Both the position numbers and the translations under genes were made by a program. DNA of 64,000 nucleotides, taken from the NCBI GenBank assembly GCA_964016885.1, contig OZ024741.1, forward strand, positions 176,204,001 through 176,268,000, written 5' to 3'. Below are positions 42,450-54,954 of the stretch, one piece after another. Positions within the stretch are counted from its first letter, which is position 1; each line of letters begins with the position of its first letter. The notes beneath the pieces were generated by a model, which did no database searches, had not been told where the DNA came from, and saw nothing but the letters and a program-made list of their open reading frames with translations. This stretch comes from Eledone cirrhosa (lineage: Eukaryota).

Positions 42450-42515
42450 TGTCCCCTTCTTTTGTGCCCCTGTGGCTAATAAAGAAATATATCTATCTAT
42501 CTATCTATCTATCTA
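38213..42515 (+). mobile_element. Tx1/L1-clade LINE inserted in a (TCTA)n tract
   Basis: APE, RT and zinc-knuckle coding remnants; 3' AATAAA; (tcta)n at 38135-38212 and 42420-42515. Confidence 0.93.
38754..42185 (+). pseudogene. LINE ORF2 (APE endonuclease-RT-Zn finger), with stops and frameshifts
   Basis: CVNVRGL, VGDWN, SYLDR, YSDH, GYWKLN, LDLSKAFDRVDH, IRQGCPLS, AYADD, GGLGMP, EETVAHAFVHC. Confidence 0.92.
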
Positions 42516-42930
42516 TTAATGTCTTCACTACATAAATGATGCAACCTGCGGTATCAAACGTTACATGTATGCTAGATTGTGGTATTGTGTAGATGCATGC
42601 GATTTTATATATATATATATATAACAAAGCAAAAACGAGACAAGACAACGAAGGACGACACACACACATACAAACGCACATACACACACACGCACAGACA
42701 TACGGACAGACAGACAGACATACCCCCCCCCCACATATATATATATATATAAATATTGTTTCCGAAGAAGACGGTCTGATCGAGCCTATATATGATGTCT
42801 GATAGTATACAGCTATATAACTGCTATAGATCAATCAAAATGTCAATACGTTCAACCCTCGGAAACGATCGTAAAACAATGATATGAATAGGTAAGATAA
42901 CTAGACTATGTTATTATTATTTTCATTGTA

Positions 42931-43125
42931 GGGCGGTGAATTGGCAGAATCGGTAGAGGGTCAGTCGACATGCTTTGCAGCATAGAGTTACGATCCTTTA
43001 TGATCTGAGTTCAAATCCTGCCGAGGTTACCTTTGCTTTCATCCTTACGGGGTCGATAAAATAAAGTACCAGTATTACACTGGTATAATTCCTGGCCTTG
43101 TGCCAACAGTAGAAACAATTATTAT
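42931..43125 (+). mobile_element. tRNA-derived SINE
   Basis: A-box tggcagaatcgg, B-box gagttcaaatcc, (ATT) tail. Confidence 0.88.
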
Positions 43126-43205
43126 TTTCATTGTTATATTAATACCTAATATCTCTCTCTCTATATATATATACACGGGTGTGTGTGTTTGTGTATAGAA
43201 GATTA

Positions 43206-43543
43206 TATTAATAAAAGGAATTCCAACTTTGTCTGATTTACTCGTTTTATTTACAATCATGATATTATAATGAAATAATATAGTAGAATATTAAATGTTA
43301 ATTGAACTAGTACTTTCATGCTTTCGCAATCTTCAGGTTCATGTTCAGTGGTGACAATCAAGTTTGCAATTCCTTGACTGTCAACCCTGAATTTGAACCT
43401 GAAGATTGCGAAAGCATGAAAGTACTTGTTCAATTAACATTTAACATTTAATATTCTACCATACTATTTCATTATAATATCATTATCATTTTAAAGGAAT
43501 GTAAATAAAACGAGTAAATCAGACAAAGTTGGAATTCCTTTTA

Positions 43544-43550
<7 letters not shown>
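43206..43550. mobile_element. Fold-back element with minimal HHRs on both arms (43302-43341 minus; 43393-43433 plus)
   Basis: About 135-bp inverted arms; ttgaac-ctgaaga-t-tgc gaaa gca-t-gaa-agtact-(a/t)-gttcaa. Confidence 0.87.
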
Positions 43551-43595
<45 letters not shown>

Positions 43596-43848
43596 AATGA
43601 GACGTATAGAGATTGTTTTAGCAAGAAGCTAACGGCATTCTATAACATATATGCGACTATAACGTCAAGATGGGAAAAGTAGTTAACGAAAGATTTAGGA
43701 AAAATAACTCAAACTCATCTCAAAAGAGAATCAGGATACAAATTCATCCACAGAATTTAGCAAAATCCATGGAAAAATCTATAGACCTTTAACTCATGAT
43801 AAAACAAAGTTTGAAACACTTATCCTTCAATTTGGAATAACATCAAAT

Positions 43849-43930
43849 GCTCTGTATAGTCTTAAAAGACTATTTCATGAAAACTTTCAGTGGAGATGGT
43901 CACGGTTGGAATATCATTCATCAGCAGAGC
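43849..43930 (-). ncRNA. Type I hammerhead ribozyme (array copy 1)
   Basis: Minus: gctctg-ctgatga-atga...tcat-gaa-atagtctt tt aagactat-a-cagagc. Confidence 0.9.
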
Positions 43931-44478
43931 TCAACAGAAAACCAGGGCTCTCACAGTAATATAGTCCGAAAAAGGGAATTCTAAAACTGGCTAGTTCGCC
44001 TTCATGTATATTTATGAAAAAGCACATGAGGAAAAAACGGGGCTAGTGACGTCAGGATGGAAGTGAATGTTTATTTACAAGAAATAGCAGTCAAATACAT
44101 TCTGAAAAAAACTCTACAAGGAGTTCAGCAAAATAGCAATAATTATCACAGTTTTTTATGAAAAAAACCGGGATTAGTCACAGATAGTTTAAGCACTCTA
44201 GGAAAAGAATCCGAGTATAAATATAAATGAGACGTATAGAGATTGTTTTAGCAAGAAGCTAACGGCATTCTATAACATATATGCGACTATAACGTCAAGA
44301 TGGGAAAAGTAGTTAACGAAAGATTTAGGAAAAATAACTCAAACTCATCTCAAAAGAGAATCAGGATACAAATTCATCCACAGAATTTAGTAAAATCCAT
44401 GGAAAAATCTATAGACCTTTAACTCATGATAAAACAAAGTTTGAAACACTTATCCTTCAATTTGGAATAACATCAAAT

Positions 44479-44560
44479 GCTCTGTATAGTCTTAAAAGAC
44501 TATTTCATGAAAACTTTCAGTGGAGATGGTCACGGTTGGAATATCATTCATCAGCAGAGC
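44479..44560 (-). ncRNA. Type I hammerhead ribozyme (array copy 2)
   Basis: Same sequence as copy 1. Confidence 0.9.
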
Positions 44561-45107
44561 TCAACAGAAAACCAGGGCTCTCACAGTAATATAGTCCGAA
44601 AAAGGGAATTCTAAAACTGGCTAGTTCGCCTTCATGTATATTTATGAAAAAGCACATGAGGAAAAAACGGGGCTAGTGACGTCAGGATGGAAGTGAATGT
44701 TTATTTACAAGAAATAGCAGTCAAATACATTCTGAAAAAAACTCTACAAGGAGTTCAGCAAAATAGCAATAATTATCACAGTTTTTATGAAAAAAACCGG
44801 GATTAGTCACAGATAGTTTAAGCACTCTAGGAAAAGAATCCGAGTATAAATATAAATGAGACGTATAGAGATTGTTTTAGCAAGAAGCTAACGGCATTCT
44901 ATAACATATATGCGACTATAACGTCAAGATGGGAAAAGTAGTTAACGAAAGATTTAGGAAAAATAACTCAAACTCATCTCAAAAGAGAATCAGGATACAA
45001 ATTCATCCACAGAATTTAGTAAAATCCATGGAAAAATCTATAGACCTTTAACTCATGATAAAACAAAGTTTGAAACACTTATCCTTCAATTTGGAATAAC
45101 ATCAAAT

Positions 45108-45189
45108 GCTCTGTATAGTCTTAAAAGACTATTTCATGAAAACTTTCAGTGGAGATGGTCACGGTTGGAATATCATTCATCAGCAGAGC
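45108..45189 (-). ncRNA. Type I hammerhead ribozyme (array copy 3)
   Basis: Same sequence as copy 1. Confidence 0.9.
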
Positions 45190-45668
45190 TCAACAGAAAA
45201 CCAGGGCTCTCACAGTAATATAGTCCGAAAAAGGGAATTCTAAAACTGGCTAGTTCGCCTTCATGTATATTTATGAAAAAGCACATGAGGAAAAAACGGG
45301 GCTAGTGACGTCAGGATGGAAGTGAATGTTTATTTACAAGAAATAGCAGTCAATGAGACGTATAGAGATTGTTTTAGCAAGAAGCTAACGGCATTCTATA
45401 ACATATATGCGACTATAACGTCAAGATGGGAAAAGTAGTTAACGAAAGATTTAGGAAAAATAACTCAAACTCATCTCAAAAGAGAATCAGGATACAAATT
45501 CATCCACAGAATTTAGTAAAATCCATGGAAAAATCTATAGACCTTTAACTCATGATAAAACAAAGTTTGAAACACTTATCCTTCAATTTGGAATAACATC
45601 AAATGCTCTGTATAGTCTTAAAAGACTATTTCATGAAAACTTTCAGTGGAGATGGTCACGGTTGGAAT

Positions 45669-45702
<34 letters not shown>

Positions 45703-45705
<3 letters not shown>

Positions 45706-46278
45706 AACCCATGTGCAAACCACGCAGTATTCTTCTTTCTTCTCATGTTTTTTATATATATTTACCTCGGCTGCCTTTGTCTGTTTCTCTCTTACTGCTT
45801 CCCCACTCTCTCTGTTTCTCTCACCTTCTTTCGCCCCCTCTGTCAGTTACACTTTCTCTCGACTGACCGCTTCCTCGCACTTCAACTCACTCACTCTCTG
45901 TTTCTCCCCTTCTCACTTCCTCCCGTTTGGCTAACAGTGGGCCTCTCTTCTTGCTTACATCTCACTCACGTCGGACGTCTGTACTATCGCTCATGAAATC
46001 CACCCAGTTTATGCTGACCAGTACTACCATGTTGCTTGTTTATTTTCTTTCTTTGGTTTGTTTTTATCCTTCTATGTTGTTCACTTGTCCCCCGCGCTTT
46101 ACGCGATTACTGGTCCCAATAACTTTTTTTAGCGTATTGCTCGCACCAACCTGAGGTATCTGATTTTTAATGCGATGAAATACCGATGATGGTTGGCAAA
46201 TCACTGACGAAGGACTATTTTTATCATATGTAACCCATGTGCAAACCACGCAGTATTCTTCTTTCTTCTCATGATTTT

Positions 46279-46285
<7 letters not shown>
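45703..46285 (+). mobile_element. About 527-bp non-coding unit with about 55-bp terminal direct repeat, related to the 615-bp family
   Basis: tgtaacccatgtgcaaaccacgcagtattcttctttcttctcatg at both ends; 46140-46240 resembles 9720-9830; (TA)n flanks. Confidence 0.8.
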
Positions 46286-46323
<38 letters not shown>

Positions 46324-46367
46324 AAGTTAAATAAAAGTCAAATGATTAAAATTTAGCTTCGTTTATT

Positions 46368-46422
46368 ACTGCTATATATATTTCAGTGACAGCCATCTTT
46401 GGCTGTGACCTCTTCAGGCAGT
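46368..46422 (-). ncRNA. pLTR minimal hammerhead ribozyme (further copies at 50506-50560 minus and 51665-51719 plus)
   Basis: actgc-ctgaaga-ggtc-acagcca aaga tggctgt-cact-gaa-atatatat-a-gcagt. Confidence 0.9.
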
Positions 46423-47632
46423 TTGAATTAGTATGGTATAGACAAGTACATATGTAATTTAGGTGTATGATATTGTCAATACTCTGATATGCCCAGTTCC
46501 TTGTTGGGTTTTTAATTCACTGGGAAACTGGAGTCATATGAATTCAAACAAACGAATTTTCGTGTCACAGGTCCCCTTCTCCTCTCATTGGTCAGTTATT
46601 AGAACATTACGCATTCTAAGTGTTGTTATTGTTGGAGTTAGCTTAAAAATTGATAAAATGGTAGAAGGGACAAGGTGTTAAAGGAACAAAATAACAAAAA
46701 AAGTGTCAAACTTCCCATTGTTCAGTTCTGAGAGCATTCCTCAGTCAGAAGTCTATAGAATTCTTTCTGGGGTGAGGCTCCCTGTAGTGTTTTTGCCTGC
46801 TATTGTTCAGTACATTTGACCTCCACCATTATTTTGGTACTGTTGTTGTTGTAGAGCTCAGCTCATATCTTGCTGCTGCTAACAATTTAGAAGTATCCAG
46901 TTTGTGTTTTTTCTTCATCCCTCCCGCCACCATCGTAGTGGTGGTGGTGGTGGTGGTGGGTGGGGGGGTTCTTTCATGTATATGAAGAAATATAAGGCAA
47001 TAAATGAAGAAAACAGAAAATAAATAAATAATATAATAAAATAAAATAATTAATATAATTTGTGTAATTTGAAAATAAATAAATAAATAGAGAATAAAGA
47101 ATAAAGAGTAAATGAGAGATTGGTGAAAAAGTAATGATAATGTATATGGAGAAGTGAGAAATAATGTAGGATAAAGTGTGTGTGTGTGTGCTATAACCAA
47201 TCTCAAGGTCAGAATATGTTGGATAGATTGGTATGATACAAGATGTTAAGATGAGATATTCAATGTGTTTGTGTTATAATCTATCTCAACTTAAAATAAA
47301 TATAAGGTGATACAGTGAAGAGGGCAGAAAACAAATAACAAGTTAATAAAGAGAAATCAAGATTTAAGATTGGAACTTGAAAGTCAGAAATCTGGTAAAT
47401 TAAAAGTGTTTGTGTTATAGATGTTGGCCAAATTATTATGGCTGTGTCCGATTCTATCTCTAGGCTATCATGGTCTCTGCTCCGCCTGGGTTGTTCCCTG
47501 TGGCTTGAGGGGAATTCACAACCAAGGGTGTTGTTATTGCCCATATAGCTTGAGGGAGGTCTGGCCGAGAGGTGTTTTCATTTTCTGTAGAAGTCCCTAT
47601 AGCTTGAGGGGAGTTCACATCTTCTTGTGTTG

Positions 47633-50303
47633 CTACTGTCCATATATTTTGAGAAAGGTCCCGGCTCTAAGGTGTCTGCATGTCCCGAAGAAGTCGGTTC
47701 TGAGGTTTATCAGGCCGCTTCCACCTCTTAGTATCTCGAGGGTCTCGTTCAGGCATAGTTTGCATATGCAAGATCCCCCTTTATCGGGTGGTACTTTCCT
47801 GATTATGTACCAGGCCAGAGAGTATGGGGTCCTGTCCAGCTTAAGCTTGCAGATCAGGTCGGAGAGAGCTGTGCTTTTCCTTTTGGCCTCCTTTTTGAAT
47901 GAATGGCGATGGTTGTACCAGCGGTCCTTAAAGCTCGTTGATGTGGCTCCTATGTAAAGGTGTTCGGAGTTGGGGGTTTTAACCCTACAACCGTACACTA
48001 AGTTCTTCTTGAGACATTCATTACCAAGGGGGCATGATTCGGGGTTTCTGCAGTTGCAGAGGGTGGTCGGCCTCTGCGTGCCTAGATTAGGGTTCTCATT
48101 ATGTGTTACATGTTGGTCTTCCCCCATGCTCGGTGGGAGGTCCTTGGGTCTGTTTGTGTTTCTTGGGTGGGCTCTGGGTCCCCCCTTCCTTCCTTTCACA
48201 TGGTTCTGCTGAGTGTTTGTATTGCCATCTTCTGGTTGTGTGTGGTTTTTAAGCCTACTTCTGTTGATGCTAGCTATGTGTTGGGCCAAATTTCTCGTGG
48301 TGGAATACGAAAGCTTCACAGTGTATCTGTTGAAGATCCTGTGGTATCTGTGGTCCCTCGGGAAGCATTTGTCAAGTGCTCCAAAGAATAATCGGGCCAA
48401 GCTTTTCTTTAGGGCCGCTGAGTAGGGTGGGTTGTACCACGTGATTTGTCGATGTCTCCTCCTATATGTGTGGGTTGGGGGCTTCGTGATTTGTTGGAGA
48501 TTTGTTGGGTTGCTGGTGGTTTCCGCACTGTTGCTTTCCTTTGGGCTCTATACTTTTTGTTATCTTCGCGGCCCGGATTTGTGGGGTGGTTGTTATCCGC
48601 CCCGGGAGATCCATCGTGGGGTGGTCACCCGTTTCCTCCCCCCCCCACGTGTCCTGCGGTTGGGGTTGTCCGTGCTGGGGTAGTTAGCGTCACGCCTGAG
48701 ACTGCTACTCATATTGTGCTCCATCTCGTGGTCAAGCGCACTAGTCCCCACCGCCCGTGTGGTGGTGTCTGGTACATGGTGCCTATTTGATTCTGCTCTG
48801 CCTGTATTGTTAGGGTTCGCCCTCTGGCAACGCGGTTGTGGGTGTCTGTTGGGCTATCCACCTCCCGGCTTTTCGGACTATATGTTATATTTTGTCCATG
48901 TGCCGCCTTCTTTAGAGCTGCGTTGTAATATTCCGCGTGGTTGTTGAATATTTCCTTACTTGCGGACAGGCTGGAGATCCTGTCCGAGACACTCTTCACC
49001 ACTGCCTTGGTTATGGATCTAGGGTGGTTTGATTTGGCGTTATCATATACGAGTTTCTCGTTGGGCTTGTGGTAGGGGTAGTATTGCTCGGTGTTCAGGT
49101 TTAGGGTGGTGTCTAGGAAGTTAACTACCTTCCTATTTGGGTCTATTTCTATGCTGAGCCCCTGGTTCTTAAAGAAATGGCGAATACGCCTCCTCATACC
49201 CTCCAACATATTGGTGCTGTGGTCATGTACTGTGAATTGAGCATCGTCACGATATAATCCGCCGCCCAGGCAGGGGATTTCATCTTTTATCTGCTTCAGC
49301 AGGTAGAGCCCAACCAGGTCCGTTACCCGCGCTGAGTCGCTGGAGCCCATCGTGATGTCAAAGTTATTTGGCCAATCACTCCTGGTCCAAAGGTCTCCAT
49401 TGAAGCGGATTAAGGTCTTTCTTGCGGCGTGGATGATGCTCACCTCCTCTCGAGTTAGGTCCGTATTGGACATCGCTAAAAATAGGGCCTTATTAAGTAC
49501 TATGGGTGAGATTGAGGAGTAGTAGCTTGCGATGTCCAGTTGTATAAAGCTGGTCCTACTTTTCTCATGCAGTATTTTGAACCATTCTATTACTTCTCTC
49601 GTTCATGACCATTGCTGTAATTTGGTTTTCTTCCGAAGCTTGGGCAAAATCCTATCCAGTATTCTTTTACTGACGATCCCTAGGTCAGATCTGGAGGGGG
49701 CTATTAGTCTGACAGGAAGGTCGGACTCAAAGTTTGACTTGTGGTCTTTAAGGGTAATCCGCGGCTCCCTTGGTTGGTATGGGGCCGTCCTGTCCTCTAT
49801 GCCGATTCTGGATATAACCCTGTAAGCTGTGGCATTGATCTCATCCAGGGTAAATCCAGGTGTTTTTTGTAGCACTTCCTCAGTTCCCTGAGGATTAGCT
49901 TATTGTACAGTTCAGTGTTCATGTTGTAGAGGTTGTTTGTTTTGTCAGCATGGACAAGTATTCCAGTTGTCCCTTTAAGTACTGTAATCCGGTTTCTCAT
50001 GTGTCTGAGGTACTCCTGACTTCTGGTTGGGTTTCCGGAGAATTTGAGGTTGGATATGATGTTAATCATCTCGTTGTCAAACTCCTCCATTAGTCTGTTG
50101 TGGGGGGGATTCCTCCTTGATCGAAAAAGGTACTCCATGTTTTCTGTGTTTGTAGTTTTCTGCGTTCCTCTTTCGAAGGGGAACGCCTTCCATCTCATCC
50201 TACGGATGAGGGAATCCGTACTCTTGATGAGATCACTGGTGTATTCTCGTTTATCAGGTAGGGGGATGTCCTTCAGTGACGCTAAGGTTGCCAGTTTATC
50301 CAT
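47633..50303 (-). pseudogene. PLE ORF (RT + GIY-YIG), disrupted by frameshifts and stops
   Basis: SLKDIP, RRMRWKA, ADKTNN, KDHK, RLIAPS, ITMGS, GLYRDD, VNFLD, SNHP, CNCR..CPL..CL, LYIGAT..FKDRWYNH, CKLC, CRH. Confidence 0.93.
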
Positions 50304-51859
50304 AGTGACTTAGGTCCGCTACTGTTTGAAGCTCTCAACCCGTGTGGGAGCTATATAGATTTTGAGTTTATGTTGGTTGTATACCAACACCTCAGTATGC
50401 AGGCTGGAGCACTCGACGAAGTGCGCAGGTTGGTTTGGTTACTCCGGAGTAGTGTAAAATAAAGTTAAATAAAAGTCAAATGATTAAAATTTAGCTTCGT
50501 TTATTACTGCTATATATATTTCAGTGACAGCCATCTTTGGCTGTGACCTCTTCAGGCAGTTTGAATTAGTATGGTATAGAAAAGTACATATGTAATTTAG
50601 GTGTATGATATTGTCAATACTCTGATATGCCCAGTTCCTTGTTGGGTTGTTAATTCACTGGGGAACTGGAGTCATATGAATTCAAACAAACGAATTTTCG
50701 TGTTACAGGTCCCCTTCTCCTCTCATTGGTCAGTTATTAGAACATTCCTCATTCTAAGTGTTGTTATTGTTGGAGTTAGCTTAAAAATTGATAAAATGGT
50801 AGAAGGGACAAGGTGTTAAAGAAACACATTGAATATCTCATCTTAACATCTTGTATCATACCAATCTATCCAACATATTCTGACCTTGAGATTGGTTATA
50901 GCACACACACACACACACTTTATCCTACATTATTTCTCACTTCTCCATATACATTATCATTACTTTTTCACCAATCTCTCATTTACTCTTTATTCTTTAT
51001 TCTCTATTTATTTATTTATTTTCAAATTACACAAATTATATTAATTATTTTATTTTATTATATTATTTATTTATTTTCTGTTTTCTTCATTTATTGCCTT
51101 ATATTTCTTCATATACATGAAAGAACCCCCCCCCACACACCACCACCACTACGATGGTGGCGGGAGGGATGAAGAAAAAACACAAACTGGATACTTCTAA
51201 ATTGTTAGCAGCAGCAAGATATAAGCTGACCACTACAACAACAACAGTACCAAAATAATGGTGGAGGTCAAATGTACTGAACAATAGCAGGCAAAAACAC
51301 TACAGGGAGCCTCACCCCAGAAAGAATTCTATAGACTTCTGACTGAGGAATGCTCTCAGAACTGAACAATGGGAAGTTTGACACATTTTTTGTTATTTTG
51401 TTCCTTTAACACCTTGTCCCTTCTACCATTTTATCAATTTTTAAGCTAACTCCAACAATAACAACACTTAGAATGAGGAATGTTCTAATAACTGACCAAT
51501 GAGAGGAGAAGGGGACCTGTGACACGAACATTCGTTTGTTTGAATTCATATGACTCCAGTTCCCCAGTGAATTAACAACCCAACAAGGAACTGGGCATAT
51601 CAGAGTATTGACAATATCATACACCTAAATTACATATGTACTTGTCTATACCATACTAATTCAAACTGCCTGAAGAGGTCACAGCCAAAGATGGCTGTCA
51701 CTGAAATATATATAGCAGTAATAAACGAAGCTAAATTTTAATCATTTGACTTTTATTTAACTTTATTTTACACTACTCCGGAGTAACCAAACCAACCTGC
51801 GCACTTCGTCGAGTGCTCCAACCTGCATACTGAGATGTTGGTATACAACCAACATAAAC

Positions 51860-51917
<58 letters not shown>

Positions 51918-52190
51918 TGAAGACATGAGACCACTAACAATTTGTTGGAATATTATTAATGTAATATAATACAATTAGTAGCAACGAAGCATGGAGTTGG
52001 CAAATTTATTGACTGATGATGCGATAGTTATATAATTTATAAAATCCTCTTCAGTCTTACAGTATATATTAACTGTATGGCTGGCATGTATTCCGAATGC
52101 GCACAAAGTTTGACGAATTATGCTTTATGCAACAATAGCATAATCACGTGAAAAAAATATGTAGCCACCTTGAACCATAGCTAATGATCT

Positions 52191-52245
<55 letters not shown>

Positions 52246-52299
52246 TATAACTTTTGTATATTTGCTTTCAATAAATTTCCTTCTCTTTCAAGCTATGTA

Positions 52300-52371
<72 letters not shown>

Positions 52372-52820
52372 TACATAGAGAAGAAATGAGATTGAAAGAG
52401 AAGGAAGTTTAATGAAAGCAAATATACAAAAGTTATAATATATACACAGATATAACATATGCTTATGAATGCATTGATAAAAATGAGAATAAACTTTATC
52501 TGAATTAGATAATGTGGATAAATTAAGGAAGAAGGTAATATTCTCTTTTGCCTATAAACATATCCATGTACACACAACTATATACACATACAACTATACA
52601 CATGTACACATACTTTACTTTATTTATCTACGTATTGGCGTCATAAATTATATAATATAAGAAAAAAATATTTGGTGCAGCACGTTAATGGAATGTTGCA
52701 CATATCTACGTGTGTGTATTTATACCTATGTATCTATGTATGTGTGTATGTATGTATGTATGTATGTATGTATGTATGTATGTATGTATGTATGTATGTA
52801 TGTATGTATGTATCTATCTA

Positions 52821-52895
<75 letters not shown>

Positions 52896-54249
52896 TATCT
52901 CTAAATGTCTCTCTCTATTTATATATATATATATATATATAATGTATAGTAAACAATATAATATAATTACCTCATTACCAGAGGTTTCCCGAATAAGACG
53001 AATACGAAAAACGTCCTGATTCGTTCATCGTACAAGGCAATTTAAAACATAGTGAAATATTTGAAAAATCTCCTCAAGAAAGGCAAGAGTTTAACGGGCA
53101 AAAAAAATAAAGCAAGAGATATATAAAAATAAGGAAATATAGTTAGTGTATGTGTATAAATGTGTATATATTCACTCACAAATGTACATATGTGTGTATG
53201 TACAAATGCATGTGTATAGTGAAAATGTGTGTGTGCGTAAGTACGTATATGAGGGCAAGCATAATAGTGTATGTGTGACCAATACGTATATAATATAAGT
53301 TGAAAAATAATGTACATCCAGATTTAGGTATTAAATATATACACATACAAGTATGAAAGCTCGCGTATAAACACACACGCGCGATCATTTATATGCGGAA
53401 GATAAAAAGGGGAAGGGAGTGTATTAGTCAAAAAAGTGTCATATTCGATACATATAAAAATGAAACAATATATGAGAAAGAAAAAAATGTTGTTTAAATC
53501 AAAGAGAGGGAGGGGTTATCAATTATAAATTAACACGAGAGAAAAAGAAAACAAACATAGGCTCGCACGTGCGCACATTTACATATAATATATATATATA
53601 TATAAATACGTACAGGCAAAAGCACATGCATACGTACATACAAACACACGAAGCACACATATATATATACATATATCGGCACACGTATATCTAAGCACAC
53701 GTACGTACGCGACTATAAGTATACAAATATGCATACACACACATACATGCATATACATATACATATATATATACACATACTTATATACATACGTTCACCC
53801 ACATACATACGCTCGTATAAATATAGATATAAAAACACACATGCTCACACATATAGACACACACACGCACACATACGGAACCGCATGCGCACTCACAGCA
53901 TAGATACAAATTATAGACCAGCCATATGAAAAAAAGAAATACAAATATAAAAGCGGCTGCGAAACAACAGGATATATCTGGATTTGAAAACGCAAGTGAC
54001 ATGTGATATCAGGTAGTGAAAGAAAATGGGGAAGTAAAGTTTGGAATGTGAGGATATTAGGTAAGTGAATCAAAAAGTAGGGATGGGAGGGGGGGGGTCG
54101 ATGGTGGATGTGAAGTGAAAATAAAAATAAAAATGAAAATAAAGTTAAAAATGAAAGTAAATCAGAAAGAGAAGTCTGTAAAGAGGATAATTTACGGAAA
54201 GTGAAGAACAAGAGTTTATGGAGGATAAGTATCTGAAAGTGAGTTAAGT

Positions 54250-54948
54250 TTTTTATGAGCTGGAAAGCAAGTGTGAATTCATGTGAGGGCAACTGGTGAA
54301 ATTATCTGTTTTTGTATTTAGGCAGGTTTTTGATGATTTAAGTTTCTGTAAAATCCAATATTTTTCACTTATGCAGAGTGTGCATCTTCCTGTTCCTCTT
54401 GCATATTCTTTAGATTGATTCAAAACTGACCAATCCAATTTATATTGGATACCTTGGTCTTTCAAATCCTATATTCTGCTAGCCAGAGCTGTTGTAAATC
54501 TTTTTTCTGGATGTCGGAAAGACGCCACATGTGAGTAATAACACATTTTGAATTTGTCTTGTGTCATACCCACATATCGTTCGCTGGTGGCTGGTAGGTT
54601 TTTGCTGATGGTTGTCACTTTAGCCGCATATACAATGGCTTTGGTGTTGCATTTACCTTGTAATGGTCATTCACTTTTGACTCTACAGGAGCAATTTTGA
54701 TGTTCTCTGGGTGTTTTCCTATTGATGATATAAGATTTTGGTCTAATACTTTCCCATACCACCATAGGCCATAACTTAGATAGATTAAGGAAAGACTCAA
54801 TAAAAACCTTCACTAGTTTTAATCTTAAAATTACTATTGACACTAAGCTTTCCAATGTTAATTTTCTAGATATAAACCTAGATCTGCCTACTGCTTCTTA
54901 TAAACCGTACCATAAACCTAATGAAAATTTAAAATATATAAATAAAGG
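54250..54948. mobile_element. PLE fragments in inverted arrangement: GIY-YIG (minus, about 54250-54635) and RT fragment (plus, about 54700-54948)
   Basis: Minus: LDWSVL..CTLCISEK..LN..CPH; plus: KIRK..LKITI..VNFLDINLDL...YKPYHKPNENLKYIN. Confidence 0.85.
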
Positions 54949-54954
54949 CGCTTT

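Larger units (their letters stand above)
43591..45673 (-). mobile_element. Retrozyme-like tandem array: 630-bp non-coding units (about 3.3 copies), one HHR per unit
   Basis: Unit starts at 43591, 44221, 44850 and about 45352; copies almost identical; (TA)n on both sides. Confidence 0.88.
46317..51862 (-). mobile_element. Near-full-length Penelope-like element with 3' pLTR, partial direct 5' pLTR (50456-50822) and inverted pLTR (50823-51862)
   Basis: 46317-46682 is repeated at 50456-50822; 46317-47270 is inverted at 50823-51770; 50365-50455 is inverted at 51770-51861; (TA)n both sides. Confidence 0.96.

Noticed and set aside
42931-43030. tRNA gene
   Set aside because: A/B boxes present but no cloverleaf; continues into a SINE body found many times in the window
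47633-50303. Selenocysteine recoding as in Naiad PLEs
   Set aside because: Domain order is RT then endonuclease, and the disruptions include frameshifts, consistent with ordinary decay; no SECIS identified
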